Of a stretch of DNA of 64,000 bases, positions 52,073-62,155 are shown piece by piece. Under the pieces are notes generated by a model. It was not told the origin of the DNA, did not search any database, and worked only from the letters and a program-made list of their open reading frames with translations. The DNA is from a virus, in IMG/VR virus record IMGVR_UViG_3300017917_003852, positions 1 through 64,000 of that record, one strand, 5' to 3'. A program made the translations under genes and the position numbers. Every line of letters starts with the position of its first letter. Position 1 is the stretch's first letter.

Positions 52073-53326
52073 ATGTTCTCCATTGAAAAATTTATTAATG
52101 TAATACATGAACAATTACTTAGACCTTTGCTTATACAATCCTACGGATTTGATCCTTCTTATTCAACAAAGATTGAGGATTTACGTTTCTTATTTTATCC
52201 CCCATACTGTAAAGCAAATGCCGGTAGATTAGCAGGAAGATGCACTTGGTGGCATGAGGAACCTTTAAACAACGAAGATCTAACTAAATTACAATATTAC
52301 GATATAATACTTCCTCCAGATCATCAACTATTAGATTATGCTGCAATAATAGCAAATATTTCTCCAGAATCACCTTCACAACCCCCGTGCTATACTCTAA
52401 TGCACGAATGCAATTTTCATTTATTTGCAAATTCCGAGATCAGTCTATTGAAGAAAAAATTTCTTCAAGAATATCGAGCAAATGACTGGTATTTTTTCTA
52501 TCATGGATTTGTTGCGTTAGATTGGTTTCATAACTACAAATATTTGAATTTTTCGCATTACAAGATTAACAAAGTATTTATTTGTTTAAATCATTTGCTC
52601 AGTAATAATCGTAGCTACAGACTAAATCTATTGTCTCATATAAAATCTAAAAAAATAGAACAATTTGGTTACGTTTCTGCACCGTTACTATCCAAAGATG
52701 TTATAAAAAACGAAATTTTAGATGAAAATTCTCGGTTGAGTATTGTTGCAAAAAAACATATTTTAAATCACTTGGTACATTCTGCAGATCCGATGGTATT
52801 AGATTCTATTGACTACAAAAAAGCCAGTGCTGATATATGTCATGATTATATACATTCAGCTATGTGGAATGTAGTAACTGAAACTAATTTTTACGATGAT
52901 AAATTGCATTTAACAGAAAAAATATTCAAGCCCATAGTGACACGGCGTCCATTTATTTTAGTTTCTGCTCCGGGCAACTTGGCTTATTTGAGAAGTTATG
53001 GATTCAAAACATTTAGTGATTATATAGACGAAAGTTACGATGATGAACAAGACCCTGATAAGAGAATTGAAATGATAACCAGAGAGTTAGAAAAACTGTG
53101 TCAATTATCGCATACTGAATTAATGGATATGTTTGATAAAATGCAAGACATATTAGAATTCAACCACCAACATTTCTATGGAAAGTTTAAAGAAATAATT
53201 GTAAACGAACTAGTGGATAATTTTGAAGGTTGCGCTAAAAAATATAATTTGCATTTGTCGGACTGGCGCCAGGTACCTACACATTTAATTAATTTTGAAA
53301 AAGTAAAGAAACTATTATTGTCCTAA
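52073..53326 (+). CDS. glycosyltransferase-like protein
   Basis: NVVTET...LTEKIFKPI...GFKTF..IDESYD. Confidence 0.55.
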   Translation: MFSIEKFINVIHEQLLRPLLIQSYGFDPSYSTKIEDLRFLFYPPYCKANAGRLAGRCTWWHEEPLNNEDLTKLQYYDIILPPDHQLLDYAAIIANISPESPSQPPCYTLMHECNFHLFANSEISLLKKKFLQEYRANDWYFFYHGFVALDWFHNYKYLNFSHYKINKVFICLNHLLSNNRSYRLNLLSHIKSKKIEQFGYVSAPLLSKDVIKNEILDENSRLSIVAKKHILNHLVHSADPMVLDSIDYKKASADICHDYIHSAMWNVVTETNFYDDKLHLTEKIFKPIVTRRPFILVSAPGNLAYLRSYGFKTFSDYIDESYDDEQDPDKRIEMITRELEKLCQLSHTELMDMFDKMQDILEFNHQHFYGKFKEIIVNELVDNFEGCAKKYNLHLSDWRQVPTHLINFEKVKKLLLS

Positions 53327-54057
53327 GATTTAGAAATAGTATCTAGTATTAATGTTTCCATATCATGTATTCTAGTTCTCGTAGTTTTGCTGTTTAAAAC
53401 TACAAATAACTTTTTCTGCCCTTTTATGTAGGCGCTCATAACAAGACATCCGCCACTTAATCTAACATAACCAGTCTTGCTAACAATAACGTTGTATTTT
53501 GCAACCAATGGATTTGTATTATTAAACTTTAATTTTCTTTTTTTCTTTACCAATTGAATTATACTTTGATTACTAGCATTAACAATTGCCGGATATTTTT
53601 CTGCTGCTAATAATAATTTTATTAAATCATTTCCATTACTTACATTTCGATTGTCTAGCCCAGTACTGTCATAGAATTGAGTATTGTTCATTCCGAGAAC
53701 TCGAGCTTTATGATTCATGTCGGAAATACATGCTTCATATCCGCGGCGATAAATTTTGCATAGCATATTAGCAGCATCATTGTCACTACGTACAATTGCA
53801 AGATCAATTAATTGTTGTCTAGTAAGTGTTAATCCTCTAAACTTTTTAAATTTTGTTTGTTCAATTAGAGATTCATTGCTATCTAATATTACCATCACAG
53901 TCATTAGTTTAGTTATACTAGCAATCGGTTGAACTGCATCTACATTGTGTTGTTCAATAATAGATCCATTTTCATCAGCAATGGCCCATGCTTTAGCATC
54001 AATATTAACTGAATGCACCAGGGCAGGAAATAATAATAGCAAGAACAATAATTTCAT
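53323..54057 (-). CDS. D-alanyl-D-alanine carboxypeptidase/endopeptidase (peptidase S11)
   Basis: signal peptide, SITK (SxxK), SDN, KTG. Confidence 0.9.
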   Translation of the reverse strand: MKLLFLLLLFPALVHSVNIDAKAWAIADENGSIIEQHNVDAVQPIASITKLMTVMVILDSNESLIEQTKFKKFRGLTLTRQQLIDLAIVRSDNDAANMLCKIYRRGYEACISDMNHKARVLGMNNTQFYDSTGLDNRNVSNGNDLIKLLLAAEKYPAIVNASNQSIIQLVKKKRKLKFNNTNPLVAKYNVIVSKTGYVRLSGGCLVMSAYIKGQKKLFVVLNSKTTRTRIHDMETLILDTISKS

Positions 54058-54074
54058 TACTATACTTAGTAAGA

Positions 54075-54911
54075 TTAAATTACTTCAAAATCCCAATATC
54101 CTTTGTAAAGAGTATTGCATGGATTTTCTTTGTTTGGAAGATCTGGATTCCAGAATATGCGTATTGGCTGACTGCAATCTTCTATAAACAATCGCGGTGG
54201 ATACTGCCAATTTTGTGTAGATGATTGATTAAGGTAAAGGTAATCTTTTTTAAATCCAATTTTATTAACAAATACTATTGTTGCTGATTCTAGATCTTTA
54301 ATAGTTAATTTATTTTCTATATTAGATAAACACGTACCAGGAGTTACAGAAATAAAATCTTCAATGATTAAATCTGGTTTAACGCTTATTTCAGATATTA
54401 CGTTATAAAAATTTGTAGGCAAATTAGAACAGTTGTTAAGAACATTATCAATATCGTGCAATTTATTATCTTTATATATATGCAAATCTACTGACAATTC
54501 ATCTGGTATTGAAATATAGTCCGAAGCAAAAATTTTGTTAGCTTGCTGCCAAATTTTTAATTGCAATTGATCAAACATTGCTGGGCCAACTTGTTCTGAA
54601 ATTAGAACCTCAACATTGTTTAATGTGATGTTTTCAAAATTATCATTGATACAAGTTATTTTATCTTTATATCCTAGTTTGGATAATATGTGTTTTCCTA
54701 TAATACTTGCTTCTTTAGAAATTTCTATTAAGTATCCGTGCTTGGCGCCGGCTTCTAATGCATAAGCAGATAAAATTCCCGTCCCTGACCCAATATCAGC
54801 AAATAACTTATTCTGGACTTCATTATGAATGTGTTTTTGAAACCATGCATTTCTAAGGGAATCATTGAGCATGCCCTTATATTGAGTAATTACTCTTTTT
54901 GACAAAATCAT
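54075..54911 (-). CDS. PRMT-like class I SAM-dependent methyltransferase
   Basis: MLNDSLRN, DIGSGTGILS..A..AGA, LISE. Confidence 0.75.
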   Translation of the reverse strand: MILSKRVITQYKGMLNDSLRNAWFQKHIHNEVQNKLFADIGSGTGILSAYALEAGAKHGYLIEISKEASIIGKHILSKLGYKDKITCINDNFENITLNNVEVLISEQVGPAMFDQLQLKIWQQANKIFASDYISIPDELSVDLHIYKDNKLHDIDNVLNNCSNLPTNFYNVISEISVKPDLIIEDFISVTPGTCLSNIENKLTIKDLESATIVFVNKIGFKKDYLYLNQSSTQNWQYPPRLFIEDCSQPIRIFWNPDLPNKENPCNTLYKGYWDFEVI

Positions 54912-54942
54912 ATGTTATATTACATTAAAAATCTTAGAATGT

Positions 54943-55219
54943 CTAGCTGTAATCGGTAATTACGTTTGCAACTTCTTCAATATGTAAATTCAATTTTTTT
55001 GCAATCTGAACTATCGAAAACCCTTGCCTATGAAGATCTAGTATCAGTCTGATTATGCTTGAGTTTATGGTTGTCAATTATTTTCTCCACGATATCATTT
55101 GGATATCGTAATCGTAGGCATATATCTTCAATAGAATAATTGTGATCAAAATGCATACGTATCACTAAATCTATGTTTGCCTTAAAACTATATTTAACGT
55201 TGCTCTTGCTCACAATCAA
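54943..55219 (-). CDS. two tandem small HTH-like ORFs (55028..55219 and 54943..55077)
   Basis: YSIEDICLRL and FSIVQIAKKLNL patterns. Confidence 0.4.
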
Positions 55220-55979
55220 CCCATTTTAAATTATTGTAATGTTGATATGGCCAAGTTCCTTTTGGTATCAAACAATTCCCTAGTTCTGGATAATTATCAA
55301 TTCTAATTTGCACAATTGCCCAGGATAACCATATTAAATATGAGATTGCAATTACGCAAATTGACCAGCAGGTGATACGATATTTTAATATTTTACGTTT
55401 CCTAGCATCGACTTTCTTTTTTATCGCGTCTCGTTGCATTTCTGCAGCAATGGCTCCGGCTTGTTCTTTACCTACTACTTTCATCATTGCTTCTACTTCT
55501 GTCCATAATGCACCTAATTCAGGAGGGCTTTGATAGACCATAATCTCGCGCAATTCTGCGCCCATTGCGTCTAATTGCTTTTTGAGCAATACTCGTTGTA
55601 AAGCACGTTTGCCCAGACTGTCTTCGCCGTGATATACTTCTGTTTTACTTCTGCGTTCTTCTTCTGCGAATACTGCATTGCATTTATAAAGATTGTCAAA
55701 ATATACGCCTAGCTGTTGGCCAATTTCTGTATAGATATTAGTAGTGTCGCCAGATTGTTTGTTTAAGTCAATGATACGATTGCGTTCAGTGACATATTGA
55801 TTTTTTTCTGCTATTGTGGGTTGATGGTCTTTGAACTTATTATGGAATTGGTCATCAAGATCCTTGAGTACATCTTTAATGTCCCCAGCGGCTCCTTTGA
55901 TATCCTTGTAAAGCTTACATCCCTCTTTAACAAGTTTAACAGCTCCATTTGCAAGAGCAAACAGCGTCAATGGATCCAA
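55194..55979 (-). CDS. hypothetical membrane protein
   Basis: MDPLTLFALAN start, coiled coil, C-terminal TM. Confidence 0.7.
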   Translation of the reverse strand: MDPLTLFALANGAVKLVKEGCKLYKDIKGAAGDIKDVLKDLDDQFHNKFKDHQPTIAEKNQYVTERNRIIDLNKQSGDTTNIYTEIGQQLGVYFDNLYKCNAVFAEEERRSKTEVYHGEDSLGKRALQRVLLKKQLDAMGAELREIMVYQSPPELGALWTEVEAMMKVVGKEQAGAIAAEMQRDAIKKKVDARKRKILKYRITCWSICVIAISYLIWLSWAIVQIRIDNYPELGNCLIPKGTWPYQHYNNLKWVDCEQEQR

Positions 55980-56138
55980 CGTTCGACTCCATTAAATGCT
56001 GCTATAATTTTTAAGCAAAAAATAAAGCCTGTCACGGCCTTGGTCCTTTATGTTTATTATAATCGAAGACCAAAAATAATTGACTTATAGATATTTACAA
56101 CAAAGTCAATAAAAAAGCCCTTTACGGGCTGGTTTAAC

Positions 56139-56216
56139 CTACATTCTATGTGGTGGTGTTACTGGTGTAGGTTGTGGTGGATTCTTGGGTGGTCTATGTG
56201 CAAACCAATATAACAT
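56139..56216 (-). CDS. 25-aa proline-rich micropeptide
   Basis: AAGGAG RBS; MLYWFAHRPPKNPPQPTPVTPPHRM-TAG; hairpins at about 56233-56258 and 56111-56130. Confidence 0.6.
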   Translation of the reverse strand: MLYWFAHRPPKNPPQPTPVTPPHRM

Positions 56217-56256
56217 TGCTATGCTCCTTAATAAAAATCCTGCTTTTAAAGCAGGA

Positions 56257-56976
56257 TTAACTTCTTGTTGTATGTGCTAGTCTAGTCCATAATAATAACT
56301 GTATAAAAATTGCGCCTGGGTCGATCTCATACCATTTAGCCCTAAAAGACCAGTGACTAGATTTTGCATGATGGTTATTGTGCAGCTCTTCTCCAAACAA
56401 TATTAATGCCCACGGAATAATATTTCTGGAATTATCTTTTGTATCAAAATTTCTATTACCAATGTAATGACTAAACACGACGTGAATTCTCTCGGCCATT
56501 AAATGTGGCCATAATACCACAATAGACCAAATTATAAATCCAGCCAGCGGACTAGTTACAGATAAAATAAACAATAATAAAATTACTTTTCCTAAGTACG
56601 AATGCTTTAAATAAAATTCTTCTAATCTAGTAATTACTAAGTCCTTGGAGTTTAATTCGATAATACTGTCCAACTTGGGCCCAAGATCTTTTTTTATGTG
56701 ATAAAAAGCACCGTTGATTAGTATCGGAATTATTCCTTTGAATAAAGGACTATGCGGATCATTATGAGTATCGGCTGTATGATGATGATAACGATGTATT
56801 CCTACCCACAACTTTGGTGGAAACGGAGTTAAAATCCAAAGAGCAATTCTAAAAAAATGATTTAAAAAAGGATGCAGTTTTACACTCCTGTGAGTTAAAA
56901 CTCTATGGAGATATACTGTAACTGCGAAATTGCTTATTGATAATAATGTTAAAAGTATGGTTAAGTTAAGCAACAT
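56257..56976 (-). CDS. delta-9-type fatty acid desaturase
   Basis: His boxes HRVLTH, HRYHH, DPHSP, HNNHH. Confidence 0.88.
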   Translation of the reverse strand: MLLNLTILLTLLSISNFAVTVYLHRVLTHRSVKLHPFLNHFFRIALWILTPFPPKLWVGIHRYHHHTADTHNDPHSPLFKGIIPILINGAFYHIKKDLGPKLDSIIELNSKDLVITRLEEFYLKHSYLGKVILLLFILSVTSPLAGFIIWSIVVLWPHLMAERIHVVFSHYIGNRNFDTKDNSRNIIPWALILFGEELHNNHHAKSSHWSFRAKWYEIDPGAIFIQLLLWTRLAHTTRS

Positions 56977-57318
56977 TTACTTGTATAATATTCGAGTCCC
57001 AAGCCCAGTGCCTTGTTTTAAAGGACTTTGATCTGGTATATAGATCTTATCCCCGACTCCTAACATACAGTATTCGTTAGTTTGCAAATCATGTATAAAC
57101 CAACTAGTTGTTTGAGTTTCAAAATTAGCATATACTAAATTAACAGTTTGTTCATCGGGTGCTCGTGTAGCCATAATCAGCTTTTCACCATATTTTTCCA
57201 TAGTAGCTTCTACATCTTCGTAGCTACCACACATAAAACGAATCTGTCGTGATCTAGGGTCAGCATTAGCTGCCAGAGCTATTGTGGCCAGTAAGATGGC
57301 AGCTAATAAGTTTTTCAT
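56977..57318 (-). CDS. secreted protein
   Basis: signal peptide ANA; two Cys. Confidence 0.65.
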   Translation of the reverse strand: MKNLLAAILLATIALAANADPRSRQIRFMCGSYEDVEATMEKYGEKLIMATRAPDEQTVNLVYANFETQTTSWFIHDLQTNEYCMLGVGDKIYIPDQSPLKQGTGLGTRILYK

Positions 57319-57329
57319 ATAAGTATATA

Positions 57330-57962
57330 TCACTTATTTGCTAGTGGATTATCTAATGCTTTTTTAATTTTATCATCTAGCTCACGACGTAGTTGTTTAA
57401 TTTCAGCTTCGTTTTCGCGTTGCATTTGACGTACCGCTTGATCTACTGCTCGCTGCAATTCCTTGTTTTGAGTACTAGTATCTTTTTCTAACTGTCTAGT
57501 AATCTTATCTACATCTGCTTTAGTATCGCGTACATCCTTACGTGCGTCCTGCACAGACTTATCAGTTTCACGCTGATTTGCTTTGCTGTCACGCTCTACA
57601 CCTTCAACAACACCTTCTAGACGACGGATATCGCTCTTAAGATCGTTTTTGATATCTTGTGTATATTGCACAGACTTTTCAGAATTCTGCATAGTAACTT
57701 CCATTTTCTTGTTTAGTTCAGACAAGTCTGGCGCTACGTACTCAGCAATCTTTTTCTTCATTCCCATGTAATCTTTATACACTTCAAACGCACCATAAAG
57801 TCCGCCTAGTGTAGATGATACAATAGTAGCCGCTACCATTAGTTTAGCAGGAGTAAATTCGTAGCCACCAATACTGATAACAGTATCTTTACTGGCATAC
57901 TTTTTCATTGCTGCTTCGGCTTCGTCAATTTTAGCATTAACATCTTTAATTTCTTCGCTCAT
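57330..57962 (-). CDS. single-TM coiled-coil protein
   Basis: TM near residues 40-60, long heptad region. Confidence 0.7.
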   Translation of the reverse strand: MSEEIKDVNAKIDEAEAAMKKYASKDTVISIGGYEFTPAKLMVAATIVSSTLGGLYGAFEVYKDYMGMKKKIAEYVAPDLSELNKKMEVTMQNSEKSVQYTQDIKNDLKSDIRRLEGVVEGVERDSKANQRETDKSVQDARKDVRDTKADVDKITRQLEKDTSTQNKELQRAVDQAVRQMQRENEAEIKQLRRELDDKIKKALDNPLANK

Positions 57963-57963
57963 T

Positions 57964-60231
57964 TTAATTTCCTAAGTTATATTGTGAATCAACCATTTGT
58001 TGATGGACACGGTCGCTGCCCCCAAATAATCCTCGACCTGACGGTGAATCAACAGTGCGTTGATTATTATAAATTGAATATGGTTTATACCCTGCGGCAT
58101 CGGGTAATATAAATCGATTATAATTATCAAATCCCGGCGTATAACCCATTGCTTGAATAACTACATTCTGTACTTCTACTTGTGCTGCCATATCTGCTGC
58201 TTTACCCATTTCATTGGCCAAGTCTTTACCTTTTTCTACTGCTTCTTTTTTAGCTGCCTCGCGGCGCTGTTCTGCTATTTGTTCTCTAGTTGTAGTAGGT
58301 CTTGTTGGACGAATGCCATCGTCGGGTGCTTTGACAGTTGTAGTAGTTTCTGTTTTTTTAGTTTCTTTTGTAGTAGTTTCTTGATTGACCGCAGTAGTAG
58401 TTGGTGCTGGAGCAGTTAATTTAACTGCTGCTGCCGGACTTGCTTCATTTGTAGTAGCAGTGCTCTTGGTTGTTACCACACTATTAACTACTGGATCTGA
58501 TACTGTTGGTGCTGCTTGTGCCACCGGATCACTAGTTGTTTGTGCCACTACTATAGTAGTTGTTGATTCGGTTACTGTAGTTGTAGTAGAACCAACATTT
58601 AAAATATTTTTCTTAGCATAAGCCTCGGCATAGTTAGGACATTGTTTGCTGTACAGTCCATCAAGACTACAATCATAAGCAAATTGATATCCTGGGCAAT
58701 ATGTAGCATATAAAGGACTTGCTGCACAACTAGCTGTTGCAGTTTGATATGCCGGGCAATATGAATGTGACAATGGGTCTGCGTTACACTCTGTTGCTGC
58801 ATTTGCATAGCCAGGGCAGTACGAACCGTATAATGGGTTTGAACTACATTCTGTTGTTGCAGTTTGATATGCCGGGCAGTATGAATATGTTAATGGATTT
58901 GAATTGCATTCAGACAATGCTGTACTGTACCCCGAACATGCTGTACTATATAATGGATTTAAACTACACTGATAAGTTAAATATGCTGCGGCATATCCTG
59001 GACACGCAGGATCTGACAGTTGATTTGCATTACATTGTTGAGTAAATATGGCTGCGGCATATCCTGGACAATTAGGACTATATAGCGCACTAATTGAACA
59101 TTGTTGAGTAAAGTATGCTTGCTCATATCCAGGGCAACTTGGACTAGATAATGGATTTACGGTACAAGGATCTGGTGTATAAACAGCGGTACTATACATA
59201 TTTGTAATACTAGCGGAACCAGATGTCCATGGATTCATACTAAACGTTCCTAGTGTGCTCATTGGCACTGATGAACTTAATCTATATTCTTTAGAATATG
59301 TTCCGCTGGTTCCGTTATTGCCACCATTGTGTGTTTGATTATCTGTGTAAATTGTTGTTCCGGAACTGTTTGTTAGTGATGTATGAACACCGGCGTCAGA
59401 ATAATTATAACCAGTTAAGCAAAACCCAAATATGTCAAAGAAGGAACAGGTTCTTCCAGCAACATTATAATTGTAGCCATAGTTGAAACCATGTATAGTT
59501 GCACCAGCGCCGGCTAATGCTAGTGCAGAATTGATTGCATAGGCCTGGGGGCCTGTAGTGCCGGATAAAAGATTTTCACTAATACTTACGGTATTATAGT
59601 TTGCACAGGTTGGATTATATGCAGGATTTGAATAACAAGGATCTACAGTATAACGTAGTCCTATACTAACGTTACGAATTTCTGGTCCAAAATATCCTGC
59701 CCAGAAGCCGCCGTCTTTCCCGCTAAATTGTACAGTTAAGTTTCCAAAATCGCTTACCGGTCCAGGATTAGCATAATTTATAATACCACTAAATGTAGTC
59801 CAGTCAATTTTAGTACTGTAAATCCAACTGTCAGTTCTACGTATTGTGCTGTTATTGGCGGCATAGGTATTAACTGTTGCAGTTAGTGTGTCGATACCAC
59901 CTTGTCGATTATCACCATTCATGTTACGAATATCCCATGAATAGCTATAACCTTGAACGGTGATTCCTGCACCAGCATTCTGTAACGCTTGATTTATAGC
60001 GAATGTCTGTGCTACTGTTGCTTGTCCATAACTAAAGTGAATAGTGTTAGTGGATGGGTCATAAAGCGGTTGTGGTCCGCCTGGCATGTATCCTGGTGGC
60101 AGCGGCCCTGTAGTGGCACCAGTCCAGGTATGTGTAGTACCTGACGTTATTTGGTTAGGTGTCGTTTCTACAGTCTGAGCGCCTACTGAAATAAACAACC
60201 CCAACAATAAAATTGTTAGGATTTTTTTCAT
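57964..60231 (-). CDS. secreted protein with tandem Cys repeats and Thr-rich linker
   Basis: signal peptide; about 10 C-x2-(N/D)PL-x4-CP-x-Y repeats. Confidence 0.75.
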   Translation of the reverse strand: MKKILTILLLGLFISVGAQTVETTPNQITSGTTHTWTGATTGPLPPGYMPGGPQPLYDPSTNTIHFSYGQATVAQTFAINQALQNAGAGITVQGYSYSWDIRNMNGDNRQGGIDTLTATVNTYAANNSTIRRTDSWIYSTKIDWTTFSGIINYANPGPVSDFGNLTVQFSGKDGGFWAGYFGPEIRNVSIGLRYTVDPCYSNPAYNPTCANYNTVSISENLLSGTTGPQAYAINSALALAGAGATIHGFNYGYNYNVAGRTCSFFDIFGFCLTGYNYSDAGVHTSLTNSSGTTIYTDNQTHNGGNNGTSGTYSKEYRLSSSVPMSTLGTFSMNPWTSGSASITNMYSTAVYTPDPCTVNPLSSPSCPGYEQAYFTQQCSISALYSPNCPGYAAAIFTQQCNANQLSDPACPGYAAAYLTYQCSLNPLYSTACSGYSTALSECNSNPLTYSYCPAYQTATTECSSNPLYGSYCPGYANAATECNADPLSHSYCPAYQTATASCAASPLYATYCPGYQFAYDCSLDGLYSKQCPNYAEAYAKKNILNVGSTTTTVTESTTTIVVAQTTSDPVAQAAPTVSDPVVNSVVTTKSTATTNEASPAAAVKLTAPAPTTTAVNQETTTKETKKTETTTTVKAPDDGIRPTRPTTTREQIAEQRREAAKKEAVEKGKDLANEMGKAADMAAQVEVQNVVIQAMGYTPGFDNYNRFILPDAAGYKPYSIYNNQRTVDSPSGRGLFGGSDRVHQQMVDSQYNLGN

Positions 60232-60692
60232 TAGTCTTTGCTCTTAACTTTTTGTGGTGCTCGACTAGGATTAGCGTCCCAAATTTCTCTTGCTGCTTCA
60301 CCGATCTTACCATCTACTGGACAAGGTGTGCCGGCGTTCATCATTGCTGTAAATACACGCTCATCTTGACACATTACCGCGACCGCAGCAACTTTCATGC
60401 CCATGTCAAATAGTGTTTTTGATAATTTTAAACGTTCGCAGTTCTTATCTACAAATGTGCTACCAATGGAAACACCTAATATTTGTGTTTGTACTGCGCC
60501 GCTTGCTGCTACAGCACAAAGATCATTGTTTAGAGTGGTAATAGCAGGTGCCACGGCTGTTGGCGGTGGCGATTTAACTGTAGTGGTGGTTGTAGATTCT
60601 GTGGTACTACGAGATGTAGAATCTGTGATAATAGGATCAACTGCATAAGCAGTAGATGCTACTAAACTAAGGGTTACTAATAACTTTTTCAT
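60231..60692 (-). CDS. secreted Cys-containing phage protein
   Basis: signal peptide AYA; NCERLKL...MCQD...GTPCP. Confidence 0.7.
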   Translation of the reverse strand: MKKLLVTLSLVASTAYAVDPIITDSTSRSTTESTTTTTVKSPPPTAVAPAITTLNNDLCAVAASGAVQTQILGVSIGSTFVDKNCERLKLSKTLFDMGMKVAAVAVMCQDERVFTAMMNAGTPCPVDGKIGEAAREIWDANPSRAPQKVKSKD

Positions 60693-60807
60693 TTTTGCTC
60701 CTGGACTTTATAGCCTCTTTTTGTGGGAGCCTAAAATTGAAAATATATTTTTGAATAGGCAAAAGCTCCTTTATCTTATTTAAGGAACTTTTGAAAAAAA
60801 TTAACGG

Positions 60808-61125
60808 CTAATTATTTTGTTCTAGAGCAAATCTTGAGCAAACAATATCATAAAACTCATCTAGATTACCACCAAATTTACCTTTAAGATATTCGGCTAG
60901 ATCATTGCATAGTTTTTCGTTTTTATCTTTATTAGCCTGTACAAATTCATTGTGTAACTTTTTCCAGTGATTTAACATCGTAATTTCCGTTAGCGGAATT
61001 TCCTCTGTTGGAACTACACAAAATGTTTCTAGTATTTTATCTTCAACAATATGCGGTTCTAGTTCCAGTACCACATACTTTTCAGATAATTCCTCAGCTA
61101 TTTGTCTTGAAAATATAATATCCAT
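60808..61125 (-). CDS. hypothetical protein
   Basis: ORF in operon. Confidence 0.65.
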   Translation of the reverse strand: MDIIFSRQIAEELSEKYVVLELEPHIVEDKILETFCVVPTEEIPLTEITMLNHWKKLHNEFVQANKDKNEKLCNDLAEYLKGKFGGNLDEFYDIVCSRFALEQNN

Positions 61126-61682
61126 TATTTGTTTGCGCTTTCGTAGGTACGTTTCTTAATTCCTGCATCTGCATATATTTGCTGTACTGCACGAGCTTGA
61201 TAATAGCAGTCTATTAATGCATTGTGAGCACCGTGCCTATCTTTCTTTCTAGGATCACCATGAACTCCAAAAAGAGTACGGCTATCTCTAATTTGCCAGA
61301 ACTGCCATGGAGTAGGACGTCCTACTTGTCTATACAAGTCCTCTAATATAACAATGTCAAAAGCAGGTCCTTGACACCAAATATTATCGACACCAACTAA
61401 GAAGCGATTAAGATCATCGAGCATTGTGTTGAGGCTAACTCTACCTTCGGTGCCCATTGCTTCTTCACGCACTTCTTCTGTTTGAGTCCCCCACCATGCC
61501 ACAGTCTCATCTTGTACGTGACGGTCCATAGCTAACTGTTCATCTACATCAGGTTTAAGATATAAACCGTTTTCTGTATTAACATCAACGTCCCACGGAC
61601 TGAACTTTACAGCGCCAAGTGTAAGGATAACTGACCACGGACGAGTGCTTAGTGTTTCAAGATCTAGCATGGCATCCATCAT
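61125..61682 (-). CDS. DEDDh 3'-5' exonuclease
   Basis: MLDLETL, FDIVIL, RDSRT, HNALID. Confidence 0.85.
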   Translation of the reverse strand: MMDAMLDLETLSTRPWSVILTLGAVKFSPWDVDVNTENGLYLKPDVDEQLAMDRHVQDETVAWWGTQTEEVREEAMGTEGRVSLNTMLDDLNRFLVGVDNIWCQGPAFDIVILEDLYRQVGRPTPWQFWQIRDSRTLFGVHGDPRKKDRHGAHNALIDCYYQARAVQQIYADAGIKKRTYESANK

Positions 61683-62155
61683 TGACCCCTTAGTGCTTTA
61701 TCGGCTTCACTTGCTGCTACACGCTTACGCAGGCTACTAGAACTAAACGAATGATCTCTTCCATTGAATACTATTTGAATGCCGCGATTATAACATTCCA
61801 CATCACCAGTGAATGGTTTATCTGCATATTCTACACCTAGTATTCTAACATCCAAAGGAAGAATTAAAAGTAAGTCTATAAGATCTTGCTCGGTCTGGTA
61901 TACAACCACCTCATCAACATAACGGCACGCCGCGAGTTGTATTTGCCTTTCAACGATTGACTGTACAGGTTTATTTTTAGTGTCTGGGCGGTCAATCGTG
62001 GGATCAGTTTGTAGCCCGGCAATAAGATAGTCGCAATGATTCTTAGCCTCGGCCAGCATAGCAACATGTCCCGCATGGAGCATGTCGAAGGTTGAAAAAG
62101 TAATCCCAATCTTAAGTCCTTTGTCCTTAAGTTCTCGAATATGATTGAATATCAT
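61679..62155 (-). CDS. cytidylyltransferase (TagD/RfaE-like)
   Basis: FDMLHAGH (HxGH), SSSSLR. Confidence 0.88.
   Translation of the reverse strand: MIFNHIRELKDKGLKIGITFSTFDMLHAGHVAMLAEAKNHCDYLIAGLQTDPTIDRPDTKNKPVQSIVERQIQLAACRYVDEVVVYQTEQDLIDLLLILPLDVRILGVEYADKPFTGDVECYNRGIQIVFNGRDHSFSSSSLRKRVAASEADKALRGQ

Noticed and set aside
60693-60810. Amber read-through fusing ORF 60808 to ORF 60231
   Set aside because: The downstream ATG is out of frame with the TAG.
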